The notes under the pieces are model-generated. The model had not been told where the DNA came from and did no database searches. It worked only from the letters and a program-made list of their open reading frames with translations. Of a stretch of 64,000 nucleotides of DNA, positions 9,355 through 18,860 are shown in pieces. Source of the DNA: an uncultured Planctomycetota bacterium (GTDB lineage Bacteria > Planctomycetota > SKW154 > DAOVDS01); the NCBI GenBank assembly GCA_964641955.1, contig CAZXNM010000003.1:197813-261812 (forward strand). Direction: 5' to 3'. How positions within the stretch are numbered: position 1 is the stretch's first letter; every line of letters begins with the position of its first letter. The translations under genes were made by a program, and so were the position numbers.

Positions 9355-10248
9355 ATGGCGGCGGAGCTTATCGATGGCAAGGCTATTTCGCAGAAGATTA
9401 TCGAAGACGTGACAGCGGAGATTGAATCCGGCGCGGTCAAGCCGCATCTCGTTGCAGTTCAGTGCGGCGAGGACCCGGCCTCCATGTACTACGTAAACAG
9501 CCAGAAGAAGAAAGCCGAGGCGGTGGGAATACAGTACACGCTCGAGCAACTGCCCGCCGATACAACCCAGGACCAGCTAATAGCCAAGATAGAGGAGCTT
9601 AACAAGAATCCCGAGGTCACGGGCATGATTCTGCAAATGCCCGTGCCGGAAGGCGTGGACCGCAGGGCAGTCCAGCAGGCGATTAACTACAAGAAGGATG
9701 TGGAAGGAATCACGCCGACGAGCCTGGGGCTTCTCATGCAGGACAGGCCGGCGCAGGTGCCCTGCACGGCGCTCGGCGCGGTCGAGCTGCTGCACGCGGC
9801 CGTTGACAAGCTCGAAGGCCTGGACGTCACCATCGTGGGCCGCAGCGAGATTGTCGGCAAGCCGGTCGCCATGCTTCTTCTGTCCATGAGCCGGAGCTGC
9901 AGCGTCAGCGTCTGCCACTCGCGCACGAAAGACCTCGAAGGCGCGGTCAGGAAGGCGGATGTCCTGTTCGCAGCCGTCGGGAAGCCCGAGATAATCAAGG
10001 GAGAATGGATAAAGAATGGCGCGATAGTCATTGACGTGGGCATTAACCGCATACCGGTCCTCGATGAGAAGGGCGAGCCCGTTCTCAACGAGAAGGGCAA
10101 GAAGAAGATGCGCACGGTCGGCGATGTCGAGTTCGATGTTGCGAATGAGAGGGCGTCGAAGATAACGCCCGTTCCCGGCGGAGTCGGCCCGATGACCACG
10201 GCGATTCTTATGCGAAATACGCTCGAGGCGGCTAAGCGCCTCAAGTAG
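9355..10248 (+). CDS. folD: bifunctional 5,10-methylene-tetrahydrofolate dehydrogenase / 5,10-methenyl-tetrahydrofolate cyclohydrolase
   Basis: IDGKAIS N-terminus, YxxxK catalytic region, GRSEIVGKPVAMLLL...TVCHSRT Rossmann motif, PGGVGPMT. 297 aa. Confidence 0.9.
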   Translation: MAAELIDGKAISQKIIEDVTAEIESGAVKPHLVAVQCGEDPASMYYVNSQKKKAEAVGIQYTLEQLPADTTQDQLIAKIEELNKNPEVTGMILQMPVPEGVDRRAVQQAINYKKDVEGITPTSLGLLMQDRPAQVPCTALGAVELLHAAVDKLEGLDVTIVGRSEIVGKPVAMLLLSMSRSCSVSVCHSRTKDLEGAVRKADVLFAAVGKPEIIKGEWIKNGAIVIDVGINRIPVLDEKGEPVLNEKGKKKMRTVGDVEFDVANERASKITPVPGGVGPMTTAILMRNTLEAAKRLK

Positions 10249-10292
10249 CACCGATGCGGGCCCGGCGGCCTGCAGCGTGAGGCCCGGCTAAG

Positions 10293-10910
10293 ATGGCTTA
10301 CTACTGTCTGAACCACCCCGACCGGGTTGCGGTCGGCGTATGCGTGAAATGCCGCAAGTACGTATGCGCCGAATGCGCCACGAAAATAGAGGGCGTGAAC
10401 TACTGCGCCGACTGCCTTCCGCAGGTGGGGCGCAGGAAATCCGGCCGGAGCCGCTCGTGGGAGAAGCCCGCCGCGTTTCTCGTTATCCTGTCGAGTCTCG
10501 CGGTTTGTTCCGTTCTTCTGGGCACCTGTGCCCTGCTTCTGCCCGAGGCGCGTCCGAACGTCCCGAACGAGGAGCAGTGGGATAAAAACTTCGAGTGGAT
10601 GGAAACCATCATAGAAGCCCTGCTCGAGTTCCGCGGGGACTGCGGGCGGTTTCCGAGCGATGACGAGGGTCTGGACGCGCTGGTTTCGTCTCCCGGCGCG
10701 CCGGGCTGGAGCGGCCCGTATCTCGAATCTCACATTACCTATTACGGGGTGGAGGACGAATACGGCGAGCTGGTGATATACCGGATAGGCGGGCTCCCGG
10801 AGCCGGTCGTATTAAGCGCCGGCAGGGACGGCGATTTTCAGACCGATATCGGCATGCTCGAATACGGCGAAGATGGCGAAGGGGATGATGAACTCTTCTG
10901 GGTCAAATAG
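10293..10910 (+). CDS. B-box zinc-finger membrane protein with C-terminal type II secretion pseudopilin GspG-like domain
   Basis: N-terminal CxxHP...CxxC...CxxC...CxxC B-box pattern, one TM helix, then ALLEFRGDCGRFPSDDEGLDALVSSPGAPGWSGPYLE, which resembles the GspG C-terminal domain. No prepilin leader. Confidence 0.55.
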   Translation: MAYYCLNHPDRVAVGVCVKCRKYVCAECATKIEGVNYCADCLPQVGRRKSGRSRSWEKPAAFLVILSSLAVCSVLLGTCALLLPEARPNVPNEEQWDKNFEWMETIIEALLEFRGDCGRFPSDDEGLDALVSSPGAPGWSGPYLESHITYYGVEDEYGELVIYRIGGLPEPVVLSAGRDGDFQTDIGMLEYGEDGEGDDELFWVK

Positions 10911-11754
10911 CTCGAAGCATGACATCCTGCTCGAATTGAGCCCCATGGGCGTCATCGAGCTGGTTGACGGCGGGCTGGAGATGTGCTCGCGGCACTTCGG
11001 GGCGCTTGTCATGCTCGTCCTCCCGGGATACCTGCTTCTCGGGGCGGGTGTGCTGCTGCTGGCATCCTTCGCGGAACTCCCGCCGCCCGTATTCTCGAGC
11101 GTGCCGTTCTACTACCTGCTTGCGATCGGCATTGCCTTCCTGTTGCTCGTCTCGCACATCGGCCACGGGGCCGGGGTCTACTACCTTTACCGCGCGGAGA
11201 CGGGTCAACCCGTAAGCGCCGGTGAGGCGATGTTCCGCGCCTTGCAAAAGGGAGGCTCCCTCATGACGGCGGCTGCGGTCGCATACGCGCTTGCGGGGCT
11301 GGGCGCGCTGCTCTGCATCGTTCCGGGAGTGGCCGCGTTCTCGCTTTTTGCCCTGTGCGGGCCGGTCGTTATGGTCGAGGATGCCGGGCACATATCGGCG
11401 CTCAAGCGCGGCTACCGCATGCTGAGGGAATCGGCCGGCAGGGCGTTCAAATCGTACCTCCTCGTCGCGGCGCTATGGTTTGTGGGCATGCTGAGCCTGC
11501 ACGGTATGATTCATATCGGCCTGCTGATGAGCAGGGGCCTGCTCGGGGTCGATGCGGGGCTTCTTGCCAACGCATTCGCACTGTCGAATTTCACCTACTT
11601 CGCCTTCCTGAGCATTGTCGTGCTGCTGGGGACATCTCTGTTAATGTGCGCCATGTCGGTGCTGCTCTACATTGATGTTCGCATGCGCACGGAGGGCATA
11701 GACATAGAGAGAAAAATCGAAATGCTGCCCCGTATCCGGGAGGAGACCGAGTGA
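10873..11754 (+). CDS. polytopic membrane protein, function unknown (possibly GP-PDE-membrane-domain-like)
   Basis: 293 aa with about 6 hydrophobic helices. First member of a chain of overlapping, translationally coupled genes. Confidence 0.45.
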   Translation: MAKGMMNSSGSNSSKHDILLELSPMGVIELVDGGLEMCSRHFGALVMLVLPGYLLLGAGVLLLASFAELPPPVFSSVPFYYLLAIGIAFLLLVSHIGHGAGVYYLYRAETGQPVSAGEAMFRALQKGGSLMTAAAVAYALAGLGALLCIVPGVAAFSLFALCGPVVMVEDAGHISALKRGYRMLRESAGRAFKSYLLVAALWFVGMLSLHGMIHIGLLMSRGLLGVDAGLLANAFALSNFTYFAFLSIVVLLGTSLLMCAMSVLLYIDVRMRTEGIDIERKIEMLPRIREETE

Positions 11755-12764
11755 GCTTTCTCGTCGTACTGCTGCTTTTCGGTCAACTGGCCACACCGGG
11801 GCTTGAATGGTCGGTGGATGAGTACATGGAGAGACTCGAAACCGCCATAAAAAACACGTCGGCCGCGGCGAATAGTCCATACGAATCGGAAAGGGCGGTG
11901 CAAGCCCTCCAGAACCTTAAAGGCGCGATTATCCGGTTTCCGGGAGAGGAAGCAGTCCGGGTTCACAATCGCTGGGTTGACGATGCGGTTCAGGCACTCA
12001 GGGTCGATAGCACAGGCGAAGCGGCACAAAAAATACTGGCGCGGCTCGAAGCTGTAAAACGGGAGATATCGCAGATACGGGGCGCGGAATCGTCCGAAGT
12101 CAGCGCCGAGCTTGCGACCGGCGAGGAATTCGGCGAGACAGCCTCTAAACCTAAAATCGAGGATGTGGACCTCGGTATAAAGGACAGCCTGCGCGACCTG
12201 GCCGAGTGGCTGCGCAAGCGGCTCGAAACGGAACCCGATATGCGCAGGCCCGCGACAATAAGCGTGCCAAGGGCTGTAGCCTGGATTATCGCGGTCGCGG
12301 TCGTGTGCCTGCTCGTTTTCTTCATAGTGCGACATATAATGCGAGGTCGGGGTTTCGGCAGTCCCGAGTTCTCGGGCGGGCCGAGGGTGAGAAGCCTTCT
12401 CGAAGATGCGTTAAAACGCACTCCGGAGCAGTGGAAGGAACTGGCGAGGCAATATTTCGACAAGAGCGATTTCACGCAGGCGCTCAGGGCGCTTTACCTG
12501 GGCCTGCTCGTCGTACTGCACAGGAAAAGGCTCATAAGCTACGATACCTCGCGGACGAACTGGGAGTACGTGTGGGAACTCGGGACGGCCAAGCCGGAAC
12601 ACGAGCCGTTCGCGGAGCTCACGCGCGCCTTCGACTACAAGTGGTACGGGCGCGAATCCTGCACCAGAGGCGATTACCTCGCCCTTGAGAGCAGGGCTGA
12701 CGGAATTATAGCAGCATCGGCGGACGCCGGTGCGAATGAACAGCGAACAGGGAAAACGCAGTGA
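11751..12764 (+). CDS. DUF4129 domain-containing membrane protein
   Basis: C-terminal region ALRALYLGLLVVLHRKRLISYDTSRTNWEYV...FDYKWYG fits DUF4129. GTGA start/stop overlap with the upstream gene. Sits in the MoxR/DUF58 neighbourhood. Confidence 0.6.
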   Translation: MSFLVVLLLFGQLATPGLEWSVDEYMERLETAIKNTSAAANSPYESERAVQALQNLKGAIIRFPGEEAVRVHNRWVDDAVQALRVDSTGEAAQKILARLEAVKREISQIRGAESSEVSAELATGEEFGETASKPKIEDVDLGIKDSLRDLAEWLRKRLETEPDMRRPATISVPRAVAWIIAVAVVCLLVFFIVRHIMRGRGFGSPEFSGGPRVRSLLEDALKRTPEQWKELARQYFDKSDFTQALRALYLGLLVVLHRKRLISYDTSRTNWEYVWELGTAKPEHEPFAELTRAFDYKWYGRESCTRGDYLALESRADGIIAASADAGANEQRTGKTQ

Positions 12765-13981
12765 GAGCATTTTCGGCATTATTGCTGATTGCTGCCGCGG
12801 CGGCTTTCGCCGGGAGCGTCTGGTACGCTCTCGGGCGGCGCATTGCGCGCGGGGAATACTACAGCCCCTATTCGAGCTACCGTTCCGACGCTCTCGGGAC
12901 CCGCAGGCTGTTCCTGTTCTACGAGGATGCGGGCTTCGAGCCCGAGAGGCTCAAAAACGAACTCGTCATGCTCGAGGAGCCGGGAATCCTGTTCGTGATA
13001 GAGCCGGCAAGCATGATGCTGCCTGTGCTGATTGCTGACAGGATGCCCGAGTTCGGCACTTTCATGGAACGTGAGCTGGAGGCAATCGTCTCGTGGGTGA
13101 GCGAGGGTAACGTGCTGGTGCTGGCGGGCTGCCGCGGGACCGAGCTGCATGAGCGCGTCGGGCTGGAAGTGCGGGGCATCACGCCCGGCAGGACGAGAGA
13201 TGCCCCCAGTACACAGATTTCGCCGCTGACGAGGGGGATAAGGAACCTTCGGGCGCGCCGCGGCGGCGGGTTCGAACTCGATGACGCGTCGTGGGTGGAA
13301 CTGTTCGCTTCCGAAGAGGGACAGGGCGGGCTGCAGACGCTCGCCGCAGTCAGGCGGCTGGGCGAAGGGGCGGTCGTAGCGGTAAGTGACCCCTATATCT
13401 TCACCAACAAGGGCGTGAAGGCGTCGGCGAACCTCCTTTTCGCGGCGCGGCTCGCGGGCCTCGCGGAAGGCACGAAGATGTACTTCGACGAGTATCACCA
13501 CGGGTTCAGCGACCCGAGGACCATTGTCTCCTACGTGCGCGAACGGGGCTTTTACCTTGCTGTCCTGCAGGCCATCGTCGTTTTCGTGCTTTTCGCGTGG
13601 CGGGCGAGAGCACGGCTGGGCACGCCGATAAGCCTGAGCAGGGAGGTCGAAAGAGGCTCTGCCGAATACGTAAGGGCGTTCTCGCTGATTTACCGCAGGG
13701 CTGGGCTGCACGCCAGTGTTATTCGGGCCGCATACGCGCTCTTCAGGGAAAAGGTGGGAATCTGGGCCGGGCTTGGCCGCGACGCGGAGCCGGACGAAAT
13801 CGCCGAGGCGCTCGAGAGCCGCGACGGCGCGGCGGCATCGCGGTTCAAGGTGATTACGACGCGGGCGAAAGTCGGAGGCTACGGCGGCACCGACGCGCAG
13901 GTGCTCGCTTTTACAAGACTTATAGCGTCTTTTGAGAAGGAGTTTCTGCATGCCGAAAGAAGAACTCGACGGACTTCGTGA
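12761..13981 (+). CDS. DUF4350 domain-containing protein
   Basis: N-terminal TM, 406 aa. Canonical position between DUF4129 and MoxR. GTGA coupling with DUF4129. Confidence 0.55.
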   Translation: MRAFSALLLIAAAAAFAGSVWYALGRRIARGEYYSPYSSYRSDALGTRRLFLFYEDAGFEPERLKNELVMLEEPGILFVIEPASMMLPVLIADRMPEFGTFMERELEAIVSWVSEGNVLVLAGCRGTELHERVGLEVRGITPGRTRDAPSTQISPLTRGIRNLRARRGGGFELDDASWVELFASEEGQGGLQTLAAVRRLGEGAVVAVSDPYIFTNKGVKASANLLFAARLAGLAEGTKMYFDEYHHGFSDPRTIVSYVRERGFYLAVLQAIVVFVLFAWRARARLGTPISLSREVERGSAEYVRAFSLIYRRAGLHASVIRAAYALFREKVGIWAGLGRDAEPDEIAEALESRDGAAASRFKVITTRAKVGGYGGTDAQVLAFTRLIASFEKEFLHAERRTRRTS

Positions 13982-14915
13982 GAAGATAGAGACGGCCCGT
14001 TCGGAGCTGGCGAAGGTCATTGTCGGCCAGCACGATGTCATCCGCTACATGCTTGTGACGCTTTTCTGCGGAGGACACGCGCTCCTCGAGGGCGTCCCGG
14101 GAATCGCCAAGACGCTCATGGTGCGCGCTCTCGCGCGCGTGTTCAGCGTGAAGTTCAAGCGAATCCAGTTCACGCCCGACCTGATGCCTTCCGACATAAT
14201 CGGCACCAACGTCTTCAACATGAAGAGCAGCGACTTCGCGTTCAGGGAAGGTCCCGTTTTCACCGATATCCTGCTGGCGGACGAAATCAACCGCACGCCG
14301 GCGAAGACGCAGGCCGCGCTGCTCGAAGCCATGCAGGAGCGGGCCGTTACGGTCGATGGGATTCGCAGGGAAATCTCGCGGTATTTCACCGTCTTCGCCA
14401 CGCAGAACCCGGTGGAGTACGAGGGCACCTATCAGCTTCCCGAGGCGCAGCGCGACCGTTTCCTGCTGAAGATTCTGGTGCGCTACCCCGGCCCGGAGGA
14501 CGAGGATGCGATACTGGCACGGTTCAACAAGTCGTTCGGCGCTGATGACCTTGAAGTGCAGGGCGTGAAGCCGCTGCTTACCCCGGAAGACATCGAGTCG
14601 GCGCGCAGGGCGATTGAGGGCGTGAAGGTCGAGGACGACGTGCTCAGATACGTCAGGGAGGTCGTGCGGGCGACGCGCGACTCGTCCGCCATCCTGCTCG
14701 GCGCGGGGCCGCGCGCGGGAATCCACCTTCTGACGAGCGCCAAAGGCCTGGCAGCGCTCGCCGGAAGGCACTTCATGACGCCCGACGACATTAAGGAAGC
14801 GGCCTTGCCGGCGCTTCGTCACAGGATTATCCTGCAGCCCGAGGTCGAGGTCGAAGGAACCACCCCGGATGATGCGCTGCGTGACGTTTTGAGGAAGATT
14901 GATGTCCCAAGGTAG
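13950..14915 (+). CDS. MoxR-family AAA+ ATPase
   Basis: VIVGQHDVIRYMLVTLFCGGHALLEGVPGIAKT (Walker A), DEINRTPAKTQAALLEAMQE (Walker B / sensor), about 320 aa. GAGAAGGAG RBS before the ATG at 13950. Confidence 0.9.
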   Translation: MPKEELDGLREKIETARSELAKVIVGQHDVIRYMLVTLFCGGHALLEGVPGIAKTLMVRALARVFSVKFKRIQFTPDLMPSDIIGTNVFNMKSSDFAFREGPVFTDILLADEINRTPAKTQAALLEAMQERAVTVDGIRREISRYFTVFATQNPVEYEGTYQLPEAQRDRFLLKILVRYPGPEDEDAILARFNKSFGADDLEVQGVKPLLTPEDIESARRAIEGVKVEDDVLRYVREVVRATRDSSAILLGAGPRAGIHLLTSAKGLAALAGRHFMTPDDIKEAALPALRHRIILQPEVEVEGTTPDDALRDVLRKIDVPR

Positions 14916-16227
14916 GCTTGTGCTGTCTGCGAGATTCCTGAAGCTCCTGGGTGCGGGGGCGGCACTGCTGCTGCTTGTGCCATTCGTGCCCGAGGTCGGG
15001 TTCCTGGTGCTCGGGTGCGACCTGCTGCTGGTGGTGCTGCTGTTGTGGGATGCCGGCACGGTGCCGGGCATGGACGCGGTCGGAATCGAACGCAGGCTGC
15101 CCGCCGCGCTGTCGCTCGGAGAGCGCAACCCGTGCGAAATCAGGGTCAGCAACTTCACCGACCGGATGGTGAGTGGCGTCATGCGGCTGGTATTTCCCGA
15201 GGGTCTCGCCGCCGACGTCGAGACGTGCGACATAGCCATGAAGCCTTACGGTGCGGCGCTCGTGGATTTCAGGGTCTTCGCTCTCCGGAGGGGGCTCTAC
15301 GAGGTCGAGTCGGTGTATATGCGGCTGCGCGGGCTTCTGGGGCTTGCCGAGCGCGACTACGCGTTCGACGACCCGCGCAGGGTGAAGGTCTATCCGAGCC
15401 TGCTCGGAATCGGGCGGTACGAACTCATGGCGCGCAAGAGCCACCTTGCTCAGATTGGATTCAGACAGATGCGCAAGATAGGCGCCGGGACCGAGTTCGA
15501 GAAGCTCCGCGAGTACCTCCCCGATGACGACTACCGCCATATAAACTGGAAGGCTACCGCGAAGAAGCGGAGGCCCATTACGCAGGAATACCAGATTGAG
15601 CGCAGCCAGAATATCTTCATCTGCATAGACACATCGCGGTACATGGCGTACCGCGCGGGGCGGCTCACCAAGCTGGACTACGCGGTGAACGCATCGGTCA
15701 TGCTCGCGCACGTGGCGCGCAAGTTCGACGACAACGTGGGGCTCATGGTCTTCAGCGACCGGGTGCACCTCTATCACCCGCCGCGCAAGACAGGCGGCAT
15801 GTTCGCCTCGCTCGTTGATGCGCTTTACAGGGTCGAGCCGGAGCGCTGCGCCGTCGAGTACGGCGAGGCTTTTCGCACGCTCCAGACGAGGCAGAAGAGA
15901 CGCTCCCTCATTGTGGTGTTCACGGATTTCTTCGACCAGAGGGACGGCGAGGAGCTGCTGAAGTTCGTGCCGCTCCTGGGCCGCAGGCACGTGCTTATCT
16001 GCATCACGGTGCGCGACGAGCGAATCTCGGCGCTTGCCCGCAGCGAGCCGGCGAGGGCGGAGGAGGCATTCGACCGTTTCGTGGCGGGCGAGGTGCTGTC
16101 GGAGCGTGCAAAGATACACGGAATTCTGAGAAACAGGGGCGCCTTCGTCGCCGATTCGGAGCCGAGGGACCTTACGGTAGCTGCTGTGAATCAGTACCTG
16201 CAGGTGAAAACGAGACAGTTGATTTAG
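14899..16227 (+). CDS. DUF58 domain-containing protein (vWA-like MoxR partner)
   Basis: EFEKLREYLPDDDYRHINWKATAK...PITQEY is the DUF58 signature. N-terminal TM pair. Follows MoxR with overlap. Confidence 0.85.
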   Translation: MMSQGRLVLSARFLKLLGAGAALLLLVPFVPEVGFLVLGCDLLLVVLLLWDAGTVPGMDAVGIERRLPAALSLGERNPCEIRVSNFTDRMVSGVMRLVFPEGLAADVETCDIAMKPYGAALVDFRVFALRRGLYEVESVYMRLRGLLGLAERDYAFDDPRRVKVYPSLLGIGRYELMARKSHLAQIGFRQMRKIGAGTEFEKLREYLPDDDYRHINWKATAKKRRPITQEYQIERSQNIFICIDTSRYMAYRAGRLTKLDYAVNASVMLAHVARKFDDNVGLMVFSDRVHLYHPPRKTGGMFASLVDALYRVEPERCAVEYGEAFRTLQTRQKRRSLIVVFTDFFDQRDGEELLKFVPLLGRRHVLICITVRDERISALARSEPARAEEAFDRFVAGEVLSERAKIHGILRNRGAFVADSEPRDLTVAAVNQYLQVKTRQLI

Positions 16228-17272
16228 CGCTTTCGCGGCCAGCAACGGTGAAGTACAGGATAATGAATACACCGGTCAGGGCCGCGACGAGTAGCTTGAA
16301 CCAGTAAGGAATGGCCGGCGGGTTTATCTGGCTTAGCGAGCCCTCGATAAGTCCTGCGACCACGAGAAAGGGAATAATGCCCAGCACGAGGACGAGCGCG
16401 GAGCGGCCGCGTATGCGCAGCGAGTCGAGCATCGTATACTGCCCGGGCCACAGTACGGCCCTGCCCAGGAGCAGGCCGGCGGCGCCCGCGATTACGACGG
16501 AGGTCAGCTCCATTATCCCGTGCGGCAGAACCCAGGAATAGAAGAAGAGGGCTGCGCCGCGCTGGTGGTAGTCGGCAGCCACCGCGCCGAGCGTGACGCC
16601 GTTTATGCCGAGTACGAGCGCCGTGCCGATGCCGAGGGTTATGCCGGCTGCGAATGCGAGGAGCGCGACCCGGATGTTGTGCGTGAACAGGAAGGAAGAG
16701 AAGGCGGCGGACTGGCCGGCCGACTTGATGCGCCCGCCCTCGTTCTCGGCTTCGCGCGCCTCGTCCACGCGCTGGGCGGGGTCGGCGTACATGTGCTCGT
16801 GCGGCATCAGGTAGTAGCGGCTGTTCTCATCGAAAGAGACGGCCAGGAAACCGAACACGACGCCGCCCAGCAGAAGGGCGGCGGAAAGGGCGAAATAGCG
16901 GGCGCGCAGGCGCAGCTCGCGGGGAAACGTTCGGACGAAGAAATCGGTCAGGGCGCGCAGGCGCAGGCGGCGGCCGGAGTAGATACCGGCGTAGCCGCGC
17001 GAGACCAGGCTGTTGAGGTATTCGGTGAGTTCAGCGTTGGAAGTGGCGGAGCGGACGTGCACGAGGTCGCTGCAGACCTTGCGGTACAGTATGCCGAACT
17101 CCCTGAGCTGCTTGTGGTTGAAGCGGTCGAGCCCGGCGGTCTCGGCGGTCCCGAGCATCTTTTCGAGGTTGTGCCAGTCTTCGCGGTTATCTGCTATAAA
17201 CTTGTTGAGGTCCAATACGTGCGCCCTCCGCGCTGAAAGCTTTATAGCACTCTGCGCGGGATACTTCAACAC
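16172..17272 (-). CDS. stage II sporulation protein M-like (SpoIIM/DUF95 family) membrane protein
   Basis: Polytopic, with HGIMELTSVVIAGAAGLLLG-type helices and an N-terminal FIADNREDWHNLEKML motif. A TTG at 17215 is an alternative start. Confidence 0.65.
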   Translation of the reverse strand: MLKYPAQSAIKLSARRAHVLDLNKFIADNREDWHNLEKMLGTAETAGLDRFNHKQLREFGILYRKVCSDLVHVRSATSNAELTEYLNSLVSRGYAGIYSGRRLRLRALTDFFVRTFPRELRLRARYFALSAALLLGGVVFGFLAVSFDENSRYYLMPHEHMYADPAQRVDEAREAENEGGRIKSAGQSAAFSSFLFTHNIRVALLAFAAGITLGIGTALVLGINGVTLGAVAADYHQRGAALFFYSWVLPHGIMELTSVVIAGAAGLLLGRAVLWPGQYTMLDSLRIRGRSALVLVLGIIPFLVVAGLIEGSLSQINPPAIPYWFKLLVAALTGVFIILYFTVAGRESAKSTVSFSPAGTDSQQLP

Positions 17273-17292
17273 GTTTTCGGGAAGGAACCCGG

Positions 17293-18060
17293 GTGAAGTA
17301 TAAGGTAATCACACCGGAGAACCTCGAGCTTACGTTCGAGCTGGCGGGCCTGACCGGCCGGTTCCTGGCGTGGCTTATAGACACGCTGTTCATGATAGCG
17401 ATAATTATCGCGGGTATTATTGTGCTTGCGATTGTGGGATTCGCCTCGCCGCACCTGTTCACGGCTTTGATGATTATCCTGGTATTCGTCGTGCAGCAGG
17501 GCTACTTCATCTTTTTCGAGCTTAAGTCGGGCGGGACGACCCCCGGTAAGCGCATAATGAAGATACGAGTCATACAGGACACCGGCATCAGGATAGGATT
17601 CTATCATTCTTTTCTCAGGAACATCATGCGGCTCATGGATTCCACGCCGCTCATGCTGCTCCACGTGGTCGGAGCGGCAGTGGCTTTCTTCCACCCGCTG
17701 AATCGCAGGCTCGGCGACGCAGTGGCGGGGACGGTGGTCGTGCGCGAGCGCAGCTACCCCGAGCCGGGGAAGATAATCGCCGAGAGCGACAAGTATTCGA
17801 CCCTTCTCGGGAACTATCGCCTCAGGGAGACAATCAAGCGCACCGTGAGCAGCGAAGAGAAAGAGGCCATGATTGAGGCGTGCCTTCGTGCCGAGGAAAT
17901 CGAGCTTTCCCGCAGGCTGGAGATTTTCGCAAGGCTCGGCCGGCGCATGAGGAGCAAGCTGGACCTGCCGCCCATGGAGTTCAGCAGCGACGAGAAGCTT
18001 GTGCGAAACATCACCGCCATACTTCTCGGCGCCGAGCCTGAAGCCGGTGAAAAGGCTTGA
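17293..18060 (+). CDS. RDD family membrane protein
   Basis: N-terminal RDD domain (GRFLAWLIDTLF...GGTTPGKRIMKIRV) followed by a soluble C-terminal extension. GTG start. Confidence 0.8.
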   Translation: MKYKVITPENLELTFELAGLTGRFLAWLIDTLFMIAIIIAGIIVLAIVGFASPHLFTALMIILVFVVQQGYFIFFELKSGGTTPGKRIMKIRVIQDTGIRIGFYHSFLRNIMRLMDSTPLMLLHVVGAAVAFFHPLNRRLGDAVAGTVVVRERSYPEPGKIIAESDKYSTLLGNYRLRETIKRTVSSEEKEAMIEACLRAEEIELSRRLEIFARLGRRMRSKLDLPPMEFSSDEKLVRNITAILLGAEPEAGEKA

Positions 18061-18121
18061 TTTGTGCAGGTGCGGTCTGCTATTCTCGCGCCCTCGACCC
18101 TAAGCTTTTCAGGAGAACGGA

Positions 18122-18835
18122 GTGAAGGTCCGCTGCAGGAAATGCGGCAGCACGTTCGAGGCGCTCGCGGACGAGGAGGCGCTTTGCCCCGTCTGCCGGC
18201 GTCTTGGCGGCGGGCATCCGGAGGCAGCGCTGGAAGGACCGGAAGGCTCGGACGAGACAAAAGCCAACCGCTGCGCAGTCCATCCCGGCAACGTGGCCGA
18301 CCAGGTATGCGGGCGCTGCGGCAACTTCATGTGCAGGCTGTGCGCAATCCACGTGGGCAGGACGCGAGTCTGCCCGGCGTGTTTCAACAGGCTCTACGAG
18401 AAGGACGAGGTTTTCGTCCGCTACGCCGGATTCGGTGAGCGCCTGGGTGCGCTGGTGATTGACTGGGTGCTTCTATTCGTCATTTCCCTTTTCGTCAACA
18501 TGATTCTGCAGATTGCCTGGTTCAGCCGGGACTCAGAGGGTGAGCTGGGCTTCCTGCTCTTCTCGATGGCCATGGTGGGGCTCTGGAGCTTCTACAACGT
18601 GGCGCTGTGGACCCTGACCGGCTCGACGGTCGGCAAGCGGGCGCTCGGCATCAAGGTCGTGGGGCCGGACCACAAGCCGCCGTCGCTGCCACGTTCGCTG
18701 GCGCGCTACGCAATGTACTGGGTGAGCACGGCGGTGTTCTTCCTCGGCTTTTTCTGGGCTGCATGGGAGCCCAGGCACAGGGCGTGGCATGACCTCGCGG
18801 CAGGCACCGAAGTAATCGTAGCCCATAAGAAGTGA
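18122..18835 (+). CDS. zinc-ribbon / B-box zinc-finger fused to RDD domain protein
   Basis: N-terminal CRKCG...CPVC zinc ribbon, B-box-like CAVHP...CGRCGNFMCRLC...CPAC, then an RDD domain (RLGALVIDWVLL...GSTVGKRALGIKVV). Confidence 0.75.
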   Translation: MKVRCRKCGSTFEALADEEALCPVCRRLGGGHPEAALEGPEGSDETKANRCAVHPGNVADQVCGRCGNFMCRLCAIHVGRTRVCPACFNRLYEKDEVFVRYAGFGERLGALVIDWVLLFVISLFVNMILQIAWFSRDSEGELGFLLFSMAMVGLWSFYNVALWTLTGSTVGKRALGIKVVGPDHKPPSLPRSLARYAMYWVSTAVFFLGFFWAAWEPRHRAWHDLAAGTEVIVAHKK

Positions 18836-18860
18836 CGCCCGGGAGACTCTCCGGCAAACC

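Noticed and set aside
14827-16272. 481-aa minus-strand ORF
   Set aside because: Entirely antisense to the MoxR/DUF58 genes. Arg/His/Pro-rich nonsense composition.
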